Below are positions 15,967 to 24,254 of a stretch of 61,999 nt of DNA, piece by piece (position 1 is the stretch's first letter; each line of letters begins with the position of its first letter). The DNA comes from Sedimentisphaerales bacterium (GTDB lineage Bacteria > Planctomycetota > Phycisphaerae > Sedimentisphaerales > Anaerobacaceae). The stretch lies in the NCBI GenBank assembly GCA_035529475.1, contig DATKWR010000836.1, forward strand, positions 1-61,999, in the 5' to 3' direction. The position numbers and the translations under genes are program-made. The notes beneath the pieces were generated by a model that was not told where the DNA came from, did no database searches, and saw only the letters and a program-made list of their open reading frames with translations.

Positions 15967-16826
15967 AAGTCCATCTCGTCGTCTTCGAGTACAAGACTAG
16001 CTGGATACTGGCGCGTCTGGCCTGCCATCTGGCGAAGTACAACGGTTGGGGAATCGGCACGAGGCCGGACCCGCGTGCGCACGTTAACATATTCTTTCCC
16101 TACCTGAAATGGCGATTCTCGAAATGGACGGGGGGCAAAACCGCGGCCTTCTTCACGCACTACGACACGAACGACAAGTACAAACGCAAGCACTGGAATC
16201 ATCTCGCCGCAAACACGGATCTGCGCGTGACCATGGCGAAGCAGTACGCCAGGATGCTCAGGAAACATGGCGTGACCGTGAACGTGACGCCACCGGTCGA
16301 ACTGGACAGATTTCGACCAAAAGGGAAAGTTCAACACGAAAAACCCGTGATAGGAGTCAGCGGCGACGTGTATCGGGGCGGCAGGAAGGGCGAACATCTG
16401 GTCCGGCAACTGGCGCAAGATCACAGCAAGGAATGGAAGTTCGTCGGTTCCGGCAAGATACAGACCGCAAAGGACTGGCCCATCAGGACAAAACATTATC
16501 GCTGGAAGGAAATGCCGGACTACTACCGGATGCTCAACGTGTTCCTATGCACCTCCCTCATCGAGGGGGGACCCGTCACCGTCCTAGAGGCGTTGGCTTG
16601 TGGTAGACCGATAGTCGTGCCTAATGGCGTGGGATTCATTGACGAACTGCCCGACGATGATGGAATTTACCGCTACGAGGCGGGGGATTATGGACAGATG
16701 GTGACAGCCTTGGAGCGGGCGGTGAAGGACAAGACCCCGCTGGAACAACTGCGTGGATATGTCGTGGATAGGACTCCGGAACGCTACGCCAGGGAATGGA
16801 AGGAAGCGCTGGGGCAGATACCATGA
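15963..16826 (+). CDS. GT-B fold (GT4-like) glycosyltransferase, paralog 1
   Basis: 287 aa with a GTGA overlap. It contains CTSLIEGGPVTVLEALACGRPIVVPNGVG, a glycos_transf_1-type motif. Confidence 0.8.
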   Translation: MKVHLVVFEYKTSWILARLACHLAKYNGWGIGTRPDPRAHVNIFFPYLKWRFSKWTGGKTAAFFTHYDTNDKYKRKHWNHLAANTDLRVTMAKQYARMLRKHGVTVNVTPPVELDRFRPKGKVQHEKPVIGVSGDVYRGGRKGEHLVRQLAQDHSKEWKFVGSGKIQTAKDWPIRTKHYRWKEMPDYYRMLNVFLCTSLIEGGPVTVLEALACGRPIVVPNGVGFIDELPDDDGIYRYEAGDYGQMVTALERAVKDKTPLEQLRGYVVDRTPERYAREWKEALGQIP

Positions 16827-17710
16827 AAGTCTGCATCGTCACCCCAAACTATGCCAAGGACAGCAGCGCCATCATAGCGCGGCTGGCCCGTCACCTGGAA
16901 GATGGCAACGGCTGGCGTATTGCCACGAAGCCGAATCCGCGGGCACTTGTGAACGTGTTCATGCCCTACGACCAGTGGCGGTTCTCGAAATGGAATCGCA
17001 CGCCGACGGCGGGATGGTTCACACACAAGGAAATCTGGCCAACAGAGCATGGCGCGAAGCGCAGGCGCTGGGAAGCGGCAAGTCGGGGTTTAGACTTGCG
17101 GGTGACGCCGAGCGCGATGTACGCCAGGGAACTCAGGCTGTGCGGATCGACGGCGCATATCCCGCATCCGGTAGAACTGGATCATTTCACATTCTGGCCT
17201 TTCGAGAAGCACAAGAAGCCCGTCATTGGCCTTTCGGGCAGAATCTATCCAGGCGGTCGCAAGGGCGAGATGCTTGTGGCGCGATTGGCCAAAGAATACG
17301 GTGACCGATGGAAGATCATCGGGTCGGGCAAGGGCTGGCCCGTTCCAACGAAATGGTACGAATGGCCTGAGTTGCCCAGATTCTATCACCGGTTAGATGT
17401 TTTCCTTTGCACCAGTCTGATCGAGGGCGGGCCGGTGACAGTTCTGGAGGCATTAGCTTCTGGCAGGCCGGTAGTCATTCCTTGGGGGGTAGGCGCTCTT
17501 GATGAATTGCCAAACATGCCCGGCATTTATCACTACAAGAGGGGCGACTATGACGAAATGGTGAAAGCCTTGCAGACAGCGATTGAAAACAAGACCCAGA
17601 TTGCTAGTCAAATGACCAGTCTGAGGGCAATCGTCGAAGGATATACACCGGAACGCTGGTGGCGAGGATGGAATGATGCGCTGCACAATCTCATTGGGGG
17701 CATGGCGTGA
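16823..17710 (+). CDS. GT-B fold (GT4-like) glycosyltransferase, paralog 2
   Basis: ATGA overlap. MKVCIVTPNYAKD...CTSLIEGGPVTVLEALASGRPVVIPWGVG is colinear with paralog 1. Confidence 0.8.
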   Translation: MKVCIVTPNYAKDSSAIIARLARHLEDGNGWRIATKPNPRALVNVFMPYDQWRFSKWNRTPTAGWFTHKEIWPTEHGAKRRRWEAASRGLDLRVTPSAMYARELRLCGSTAHIPHPVELDHFTFWPFEKHKKPVIGLSGRIYPGGRKGEMLVARLAKEYGDRWKIIGSGKGWPVPTKWYEWPELPRFYHRLDVFLCTSLIEGGPVTVLEALASGRPVVIPWGVGALDELPNMPGIYHYKRGDYDEMVKALQTAIENKTQIASQMTSLRAIVEGYTPERWWRGWNDALHNLIGGMA

Positions 17711-18522
17711 CCGACTGGACAGGAAAGGCAGGAATCTATCTCGTCGCCTACGGCAGGCACGCGCACGACTGCGCATACCACCTGATAGCGTCGATCCACA
17801 AGTATTCTCCCGGCATCCCGATATGCCTGGTGTGTGAGGGATTCGAGAAGGACTACCGCAAGCCGGCGGATCCGCTGCCCAGGTGGTCGCCGACGCCGGT
17901 GCCAGAGGGATTCAAGAAGCGGTTGCTGGCAGATGACATAGTCATCCCGTCGGCCATGAGGGACAGGAGGGCGCGCTACCAGAAGACGAAGATATGGAGT
18001 CTTGCGCCCGCGGAGTGGGAACTCGTGCTCTACATGGACGTGGACATGCTTGTCAAGACGAAACTCGACGCCTTCTTCAACATACTCAGCGATGGCTGGG
18101 AGATGGTGGTGACACTGAGTCCGCCCGACGCGGCGCTGGTGCACCATGCGCAGAGGAGGAAATACGAGGCTGAGAACCTGTTCACCAACAAGGCCCTGGG
18201 CGGCGACAGGTGGCTCCAGATAGCAGGCGGGGTGTGGGCCTGGCGGCGATGCGAGGCAACCGAAACGCTTCTGAAAACCTTTCACACGGAATGGCGGCGA
18301 TTCAAGCATACTGACCAGCAGGCGATGATGCGGGCGCTTTGGAAATGTCCGGTGAGGATGTGGACGTTCGGCACCGAATGGAACACCTTCGTTCACAAAC
18401 GGGACTACAAAAGAAGCGTGGGGATATACCACTTCGCCACCGCCGCGAGGGCGTGGGTAGTCAAGCACCAGGGGCGGAAACTGTGGCGAGAGATGAGCGC
18501 GCAGTTCCGGGAGAAGGAATGA
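17707..18522 (+). CDS. GT-A fold (GT8-like) glycosyltransferase
   Basis: 271 aa with a GTGA overlap. It has the DxD motif YMDVDM and is colinear with the 15032 ORF. Confidence 0.65.
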   Translation: MTDWTGKAGIYLVAYGRHAHDCAYHLIASIHKYSPGIPICLVCEGFEKDYRKPADPLPRWSPTPVPEGFKKRLLADDIVIPSAMRDRRARYQKTKIWSLAPAEWELVLYMDVDMLVKTKLDAFFNILSDGWEMVVTLSPPDAALVHHAQRRKYEAENLFTNKALGGDRWLQIAGGVWAWRRCEATETLLKTFHTEWRRFKHTDQQAMMRALWKCPVRMWTFGTEWNTFVHKRDYKRSVGIYHFATAARAWVVKHQGRKLWREMSAQFREKE

Positions 18523-18525
18523 GAC

Positions 18526-19062
18526 ATGGACATATTAACTGAGATACGGGATGACGTCCTGGAGGTTTTGGGGGAACTGGAAACGCGCGAGCGCTGGTGG
18601 GGGTCGGCGGCGGTGCCGACCGAAAAGAACGCCATAGTCAAGGGTGTCACCAATCCCTTCCGGGTGGTCAGCGGAAACAACGCCTGGGGCCCGGTCATTC
18701 AGGTCATAGGGTCTCGTGACGATCCGGGGCCAAAGGGAACGAGCACCTATCATCTACACCGGGTGATGGTCGCGGAGCAGAGCACCACGACGGCATGGAT
18801 GCCGAGATTCATATTCGGATACCAGTCGCTGAAGGAGGCCGTGTACGGGCATAGATGGAGCGAGATCATGGTGATTGCCTCAGTAGATAATCCGCACGCG
18901 ACCGCCGGGGCGCCCATCCAGATCAGGATAGGCAACGTTCCGGCGCGGCAATACAAGGTGTGGGCGCAGGGATGGAACGCCACGAATCTCGCGACCCTGG
19001 ACTTCTACATCGGCTGCCATGGGCATGATTCGCCTCACGGGTATCCGAGAGAGAATCTATAG
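18526..19062 (+). CDS. hypothetical protein within the island
   Basis: 178 aa. No motif recognised. Confidence 0.6.
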   Translation: MDILTEIRDDVLEVLGELETRERWWGSAAVPTEKNAIVKGVTNPFRVVSGNNAWGPVIQVIGSRDDPGPKGTSTYHLHRVMVAEQSTTTAWMPRFIFGYQSLKEAVYGHRWSEIMVIASVDNPHATAGAPIQIRIGNVPARQYKVWAQGWNATNLATLDFYIGCHGHDSPHGYPRENL

Positions 19063-20144
19063 TGACCGAGGACAAGAAGAGCCTCTGGGAACGTCTGGGC
19101 CTCGACCCGTGGGATGTCAGGCCCCCGGCGCACACCAAACGTCTGAACCTGGGGGCGGGGAACCGGGTATTCCCGTTGTGGATTAACCACAGCCTGGACA
19201 AGCACCGCCCCGAGATAGACGTGGCCTGGGACTTGAATCAAAGACCCTGGCCGTGGCCGTCTAACACGTTCTCGCGGGTGAACGCCTGGGCCGTGCTAGA
19301 ACATTTGCACCTAACGCTCCTGGAGAGCATGGACGAGATATGGCGGATTCTCCGACCGGGCGGCAAAGTCCATCTCAAGGTGCCATATTACAAGGCGGCG
19401 CGGGCCTATACCGACCCGACCCACATCACGCGCGGCTGGCACCCCAAGGTGTTCCATTTCTTCGATCCGGCCACCAGGCGCGGGCGGGAGTGCGACTACT
19501 ACACGCCGTTCAAATGGCAGATAATCGAGATAAACTGGACGGACAGTACCCAGGTGGCGATCGCCGCGAGCCTGCGCAAGATATGCAGTTTCAAGCAATG
19601 GGAGGAAGCGATGGTTGAGGGGGCCAGGGTCGTAGAACCGAGACGCATAATCTGGATCAACGGCAGGTCGAACGCGGGCAAGAGCACCATGTGTCGGTAT
19701 CTGCAGACGCTATTCCCCAGCATTGTCGTGGTTGACGATCACGACTTCTGGTTTGGCGTCTGGCAGTACACCTACGCCAAACTCAATTTGGAGAAGACGG
19801 CGGAGTTCGGGGTCGACTGGTTCAAGGACGAACGTAGGGAATCGACACACAGGGATTTCGCCATAGAGGTCGCGCTGACTGCAAAGGCATTGGCAAACCA
19901 GGGTCATCGGGTAGTGGTGAGCATGATAGCCTCGCCGCAGAAGCGGCGCGACCGCATCATGGAGATATTGGGTGATCCCTACCGCGTGTACCTGAAGCAC
20001 AAGGAAGGCGAAGAGAAGACACCTATCTTTGATCCGCCCCAAAAGGGCGAATACGACACGGTGATCGACGGGGACAAGCTCAACGCCCTGGGCTGCGCGG
20101 CGCTAATGGCCAAGCGATTGTCGAAGGAGGGACTGCTGACATGA
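19062..20144 (+). CDS. class I SAM methyltransferase fused to a P-loop kinase (APS-kinase/zeta-like)
   Basis: 360 aa. The N-terminal half has LNLGAGN..ILRPGGKVHLKVP. The C-terminal half has INGRSNAGKST and HRVVVSMIASPQKRRDRI, which resemble the P-loop and ISP motif of adenylylsulfate-kinase-type enzymes. Confidence 0.6.
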   Translation: MTEDKKSLWERLGLDPWDVRPPAHTKRLNLGAGNRVFPLWINHSLDKHRPEIDVAWDLNQRPWPWPSNTFSRVNAWAVLEHLHLTLLESMDEIWRILRPGGKVHLKVPYYKAARAYTDPTHITRGWHPKVFHFFDPATRRGRECDYYTPFKWQIIEINWTDSTQVAIAASLRKICSFKQWEEAMVEGARVVEPRRIIWINGRSNAGKSTMCRYLQTLFPSIVVVDDHDFWFGVWQYTYAKLNLEKTAEFGVDWFKDERRESTHRDFAIEVALTAKALANQGHRVVVSMIASPQKRRDRIMEILGDPYRVYLKHKEGEEKTPIFDPPQKGEYDTVIDGDKLNALGCAALMAKRLSKEGLLT

Positions 20145-20347
20145 CGCGAGAACATCCACTATCGCGTGAATCAAAAGACGGCAAGTATATCACGATCTAC
20201 ATCTATCAGGGGGATCAATGGCTGGTGCATTTAGGACATGAGAAGACGGGGAAACCAGCCGGAACCGTGTCGTGGGAAAAGGCCATTGAGATGGGATTAT
20301 TCTATCCAGATGAAAAACCGGAATTACTTGTCAGCTGCCATGAATAG
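20141..20347 (+). CDS. hypothetical protein, paralog family B
   Basis: 68 aa with an ATGA overlap. VSWEKAIEMGLFYPDEKPE is shared with the 6656 ORF. Confidence 0.6.
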   Translation: MTREHPLSRESKDGKYITIYIYQGDQWLVHLGHEKTGKPAGTVSWEKAIEMGLFYPDEKPELLVSCHE

Positions 20348-20362
20348 GGAAGGATTCCTGAC

Positions 20363-22810
20363 GTGAAGACCAAGAATCGCGTGGTATTTCTGGGAGAATT
20401 GCAACACGTCCAGTCCATCGAGGAGAAACAAATGAAGTATAAGGAATTGAGCGTAGAGGCGGATTTGATACAGCAGGAGCCAACAAGACCCGGACACAAG
20501 AACTTCGGCAAGGACTGCTACATCGCCCACAATCCCGAACTGACGGAAGTGCTCAAAGAGGAGTTCGGGCGTGACGGACTGTGCCTCAAGATATTCCATC
20601 CGTTGGCCGCAAGACAGAAGGCCCATCCCGAAGGCTTTAAGTGGGGCCGGACGCTGCTGACGGAAACGGTGAGGGTGCAGAATCACTTCGCCATCCGGGG
20701 ACTCGCCCCAAGGGTCTATGCGGTGGTTCTTCTACATGACCAGGGCGAGGGAGATCGCTTGGCGGAAGTCACCGATTATGCAGTGGGAGATGGCAAGCCG
20801 GACCTGGATAAGGCCAAGAGGATTGCCAAGAAGTATGAGATCGGACTTGCTGGATACGAGGATAAACTGGCCAAGGCCCAGGATTACTTCGATTACGATT
20901 TCAAGTGGGTCGGCAAATGGTTTGTGGACTGGGGGCGGTTCCACTTCACCGATCCCAAGAGCCACGAAAAGCGGCTTGGAAAGAGACTGATGCACCGGCG
21001 GCGGGGTCCCAAAGATAGCCTGGTCAGTTACCAGGCTGTTCCGGAACTCAATGTACCTGGGCAGCGCAACCGCGTATATCGCTTGAATCACATGCGGCTG
21101 GACGAGATCGATTTCCGGGGCAAGACCGTTCTGGACCTCGGGTGCAACACCGGTAGTTACATGCGCGAAGCGTACAGGCGCGGCGCGAAGCGGGTCGTGG
21201 GTGTAGACTTCAAGCATTGCAGCCTGTGGCATGACATCAACAACTGGCTCGGATTCTGGAACTTCGATTTCCTGGAACTAGAACTCCCACAGCAAAAGCA
21301 TCAAATTGCCAAGCTGTCTGGAATTGAGTCCTTCGACGTTGTGTTCGGGTTGGTCATACTGCCCCACGTGAAGGGTGGCTACCAGAAATGGATTGCCGAT
21401 CTCTGCGATGAGGTGATATGGCTGGAAGACTTCTCTGATTCAAAGCTGAAGGCTTTACGACAGGACTTCCAGCGTGTTGAGACGCTAGGATTCCTTCGTG
21501 ACGAAGCCAGGAAGAAGGTCCTGGTCCGATGTTGGAAGACGCCTAGGCCCCCGGCGGAACCGTTGCCAGAATCGGGCGAAGCGCGCAGGACAGCGGCCAT
21601 AGAGCGGGGACGCACGGCACAGGGGCGCGTGAATCTCTATCCCGAAACCATGGGATTCCTGTATGACTTGGCGGAAAAGGCACCGGACGGCATGGCGGTA
21701 GAGGCGGGGGCCATGTGTGGGGCTAGCTTTGTGTGCTGGGCGGCGGCCCGTGAGGGTAGGGGCAAATGCTATGCCGTAGACATCAAGAACCAACCCGATC
21801 TGCGCGCCAACATCGAACACTATGACTACGATGCGAAGGCCATCAGGGGCGTCAGCTGGGAGGCACCATATGTAACAGAGGAATTGCTGGCCTTTGCTTT
21901 CATCGATGCGGACCACACCAGGAATGGAATACCTAAAGATATCGAGGCATTCACAAAGCGTATCAAGCCCGGAGGCATCATCGTCTTTCATGACTATGAA
22001 AGGAAAGACCCCAAGGGGGTGGTCATAGAGTACGTGGACGCCTGGCAGAAAAAGGCACAGTGGATTCCCCTGGGAAAGGTCAACAGTGCCATAGCGTTTC
22101 AGAGGCCGGAAGATACGCCTAGGGAAAAGGCTGTAGAGATGGGCTTGTCGATCAAGGGAACGGGGAGTTTGAGGGCCAACGAACTTCGGTTCCTCTATGA
22201 CTGCGCGATGCAGGCACCACTGGGGCCAGCAATCGAGGCGGGAGTGCTAAACGGTGCCAGTCTAATAGCATGGCTTCCCGCCAGACTCGACAAGGGCGAA
22301 TGCTACGCCGTGGACACGATAGACCGCCCACTCATGAGGGAGAACCTGAAGACGGCAGGTTACGATAAGGATGTTATCTTCATCAAGGGCAATTCGTGGC
22401 TCGCGCCGCTGGAGATGGATGGCGATTTCGCCTTCGTGTTCATTGACGCCGACCACAAGAAAAGCGGAATCCCGAAGGACATAGCAGCGTACACACGCAG
22501 GATGGCCAACGGCGGCATCATTGTCTTTCACGACTATGGCCATAATCCCAAGAAGCGTCCGCGCATAGTAGTGAGGCAGGAAGTAGACAAGTGGCAGGCG
22601 AAAGCCAAGTGGGAGTTCATCAGTAGGGAACATCTGACCATAGCGTTTCGCAAACCAAAGGGGGAAGATGAAACACCAATCGGGAATGAGCGTCGCCCCG
22701 GTAACGGAGTACATGGCGAAGATTCTGCAAAGCCTGATAACGGAGATGAAGGGCAACCGCCAATTCACGTACTTCGAGAATCGGACGGGTCCGCAGATTG
22801 CCCTGGATAA
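20363..22810 (+). CDS. multidomain protein with a protein-kinase-like domain and three SAM methyltransferase domains
   Basis: 815 aa. LCLKIFHP..AEVTDY..FVDWGRF is kinase-like. VLDLGCNTGSY is MTase motif I. Two duplicated Methyltransf_24-like units follow (AVEAGAMCGAS..FIDADH..GGIIVFHDY and AIEAGVLNGAS..FIDADH..GGIIVFHDY). An alternative start at ATG 20432 follows GAGGAG. Confidence 0.7.
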   Translation: MKTKNRVVFLGELQHVQSIEEKQMKYKELSVEADLIQQEPTRPGHKNFGKDCYIAHNPELTEVLKEEFGRDGLCLKIFHPLAARQKAHPEGFKWGRTLLTETVRVQNHFAIRGLAPRVYAVVLLHDQGEGDRLAEVTDYAVGDGKPDLDKAKRIAKKYEIGLAGYEDKLAKAQDYFDYDFKWVGKWFVDWGRFHFTDPKSHEKRLGKRLMHRRRGPKDSLVSYQAVPELNVPGQRNRVYRLNHMRLDEIDFRGKTVLDLGCNTGSYMREAYRRGAKRVVGVDFKHCSLWHDINNWLGFWNFDFLELELPQQKHQIAKLSGIESFDVVFGLVILPHVKGGYQKWIADLCDEVIWLEDFSDSKLKALRQDFQRVETLGFLRDEARKKVLVRCWKTPRPPAEPLPESGEARRTAAIERGRTAQGRVNLYPETMGFLYDLAEKAPDGMAVEAGAMCGASFVCWAAAREGRGKCYAVDIKNQPDLRANIEHYDYDAKAIRGVSWEAPYVTEELLAFAFIDADHTRNGIPKDIEAFTKRIKPGGIIVFHDYERKDPKGVVIEYVDAWQKKAQWIPLGKVNSAIAFQRPEDTPREKAVEMGLSIKGTGSLRANELRFLYDCAMQAPLGPAIEAGVLNGASLIAWLPARLDKGECYAVDTIDRPLMRENLKTAGYDKDVIFIKGNSWLAPLEMDGDFAFVFIDADHKKSGIPKDIAAYTRRMANGGIIVFHDYGHNPKKRPRIVVRQEVDKWQAKAKWEFISREHLTIAFRKPKGEDETPIGNERRPGNGVHGEDSAKPDNGDEGQPPIHVLRESDGSADCPG

Positions 22811-23153
22811 ATGGCTACGCAGTTGGCTCTGGACGGACTATGGGCGGGCCGCCGCCTACGGTCACATTGAACTCTACGAGTCCGACAGGAAACGTCATGT
22901 GTGCCGATTCGGGGTCTGCGTCGGGCCGGACTATCGCGGTCAGGGCTACGGGACGAAGATCGTGGCCAAACTACTAGAGGAGGCGAAGGTGCTTGGTTTG
23001 CACAAAACGAACGCGAGCGTGTATGGCGACAACGCGCCCATGTTGCATATCTATAAGGATACATATGGCTTCACCGAAGAGGGTCGATACGTGGAGGAAG
23101 AGCGTTGGGACGGCGAGAGCCGCGATATGGTGAGCCTGGCGAAATTCCTGTGA
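22668..23153 (+). CDS. GNAT-family N-acetyltransferase
   Basis: 161 aa. VGPDYRGQGYGTKIVAKLLEEA is GNAT motif A. It overlaps the 3' end of the 20363 ORF by 143 nt in another frame. Confidence 0.75.
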   Translation: MKHQSGMSVAPVTEYMAKILQSLITEMKGNRQFTYFENRTGPQIALDKWLRSWLWTDYGRAAAYGHIELYESDRKRHVCRFGVCVGPDYRGQGYGTKIVAKLLEEAKVLGLHKTNASVYGDNAPMLHIYKDTYGFTEEGRYVEEERWDGESRDMVSLAKFL

Positions 23154-24085
23154 ACGTCCACGTGATCTGCACCGCATACGGAAAAAAGGGGCCGGAGCGT
23201 ATCTTGCCCCGCCACGCGCGGTATTTGCATGAGAATTTGGGATGGACCGTGGGGCGGGAACCTGATCCGCAAGCGGATGTGAACTATTTCTTGCCGTTCA
23301 CGAACGGCTGGAAGCATTGGGGACCGTGGGATTTGACTGACACGGCGGCTTTCTTTACACACAAGGAGCCATATGGGGCGAAGCGCAGCTGGTGGGATGA
23401 AGCGAGAGAACACCACGATCTCAGGATATGCAACGCGCCAATGTACTATGATGATTTGGTTCAGCATGGCCCGACTGAACTGGTGCAGCATTGTGTTGAG
23501 GTAAGTCATTTCACGCTGAGTCCGAGGAAGTATGACCCAGAAACGTTGCCGGTTGTTGGCATCAATGGATTCGTCAATCTTGGAGGGCGCAAGGGCGAAC
23601 TCTTAGTGTACCAGCTCAACAAATATGCCGCAACCGGCCATTTCAGAATCAAGGCGTCGGGCCAGGGCTGGCCAATTGAGAGCAAGTGGTACAGATGGGA
23701 AGACTTGCCAAGTCAGTTCTATCATAGGCTTGATCTCCTCCTCTGTACTAGCCTAGTGGACGCGGGTCCCGGTGGACCATTAGAGGCATTGAGTTGCGGG
23801 ATTCCCGTGGTCATACCGTCTGGTGTGGGGATCATGGATGAACTACCGGACACACATGGAATCTATCGGTATCCACGTGGCGACTTCGACGAAATGTGTG
23901 GAACCATACTGCACTGCATCACCGAACTGGGCACACATGATAAACGGGAATTACGGGCCATCACCAAGGACATGACGATCCGGGCGTTCTGCGATAACCA
24001 CAAACGAGTCTTCGAGAGGCATTTTAGGGGTGACAGAGATGTGGCAATACAGGACGGAGATATTCCAGGAGGAGAGGCTGAGTGA
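23150..24085 (+). CDS. GT-B fold (GT4-like) glycosyltransferase, paralog 3
   Basis: The track ORF is trimmed to GTG 23150, which has a GTGA overlap. CTSLVDAGPGGPLEALSCGIPVVIPSGVG is colinear with paralogs 1 and 2. Confidence 0.75.
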   Translation: MNVHVICTAYGKKGPERILPRHARYLHENLGWTVGREPDPQADVNYFLPFTNGWKHWGPWDLTDTAAFFTHKEPYGAKRSWWDEAREHHDLRICNAPMYYDDLVQHGPTELVQHCVEVSHFTLSPRKYDPETLPVVGINGFVNLGGRKGELLVYQLNKYAATGHFRIKASGQGWPIESKWYRWEDLPSQFYHRLDLLLCTSLVDAGPGGPLEALSCGIPVVIPSGVGIMDELPDTHGIYRYPRGDFDEMCGTILHCITELGTHDKRELRAITKDMTIRAFCDNHKRVFERHFRGDRDVAIQDGDIPGGEAE

Positions 24086-24254
24086 CCATAGGAGCAATTG
24101 CGATATGGTGATAAACCGCATCAACGCATTGGGGCGCGAGGGGTGGAGGATGATCGGGCACGAGATCAACTATGCCGACAACCCGCCCGTGTGGTGGTGT
24201 CTATTCGAGAGGGAAGTGTCCAGCGGGACAGTGAGGATGACGGTTCGTGATTAA
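24039..24254 (+). CDS. DUF4177-like small protein
   Basis: MWQYRTEIF..INALGREGWRMIGHE is a paralog of the 4430 ORF. The start is uncertain, either GTG 24030 or ATG 24039. Confidence 0.5.
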   Translation: MWQYRTEIFQEERLSDHRSNCDMVINRINALGREGWRMIGHEINYADNPPVWWCLFEREVSSGTVRMTVRD

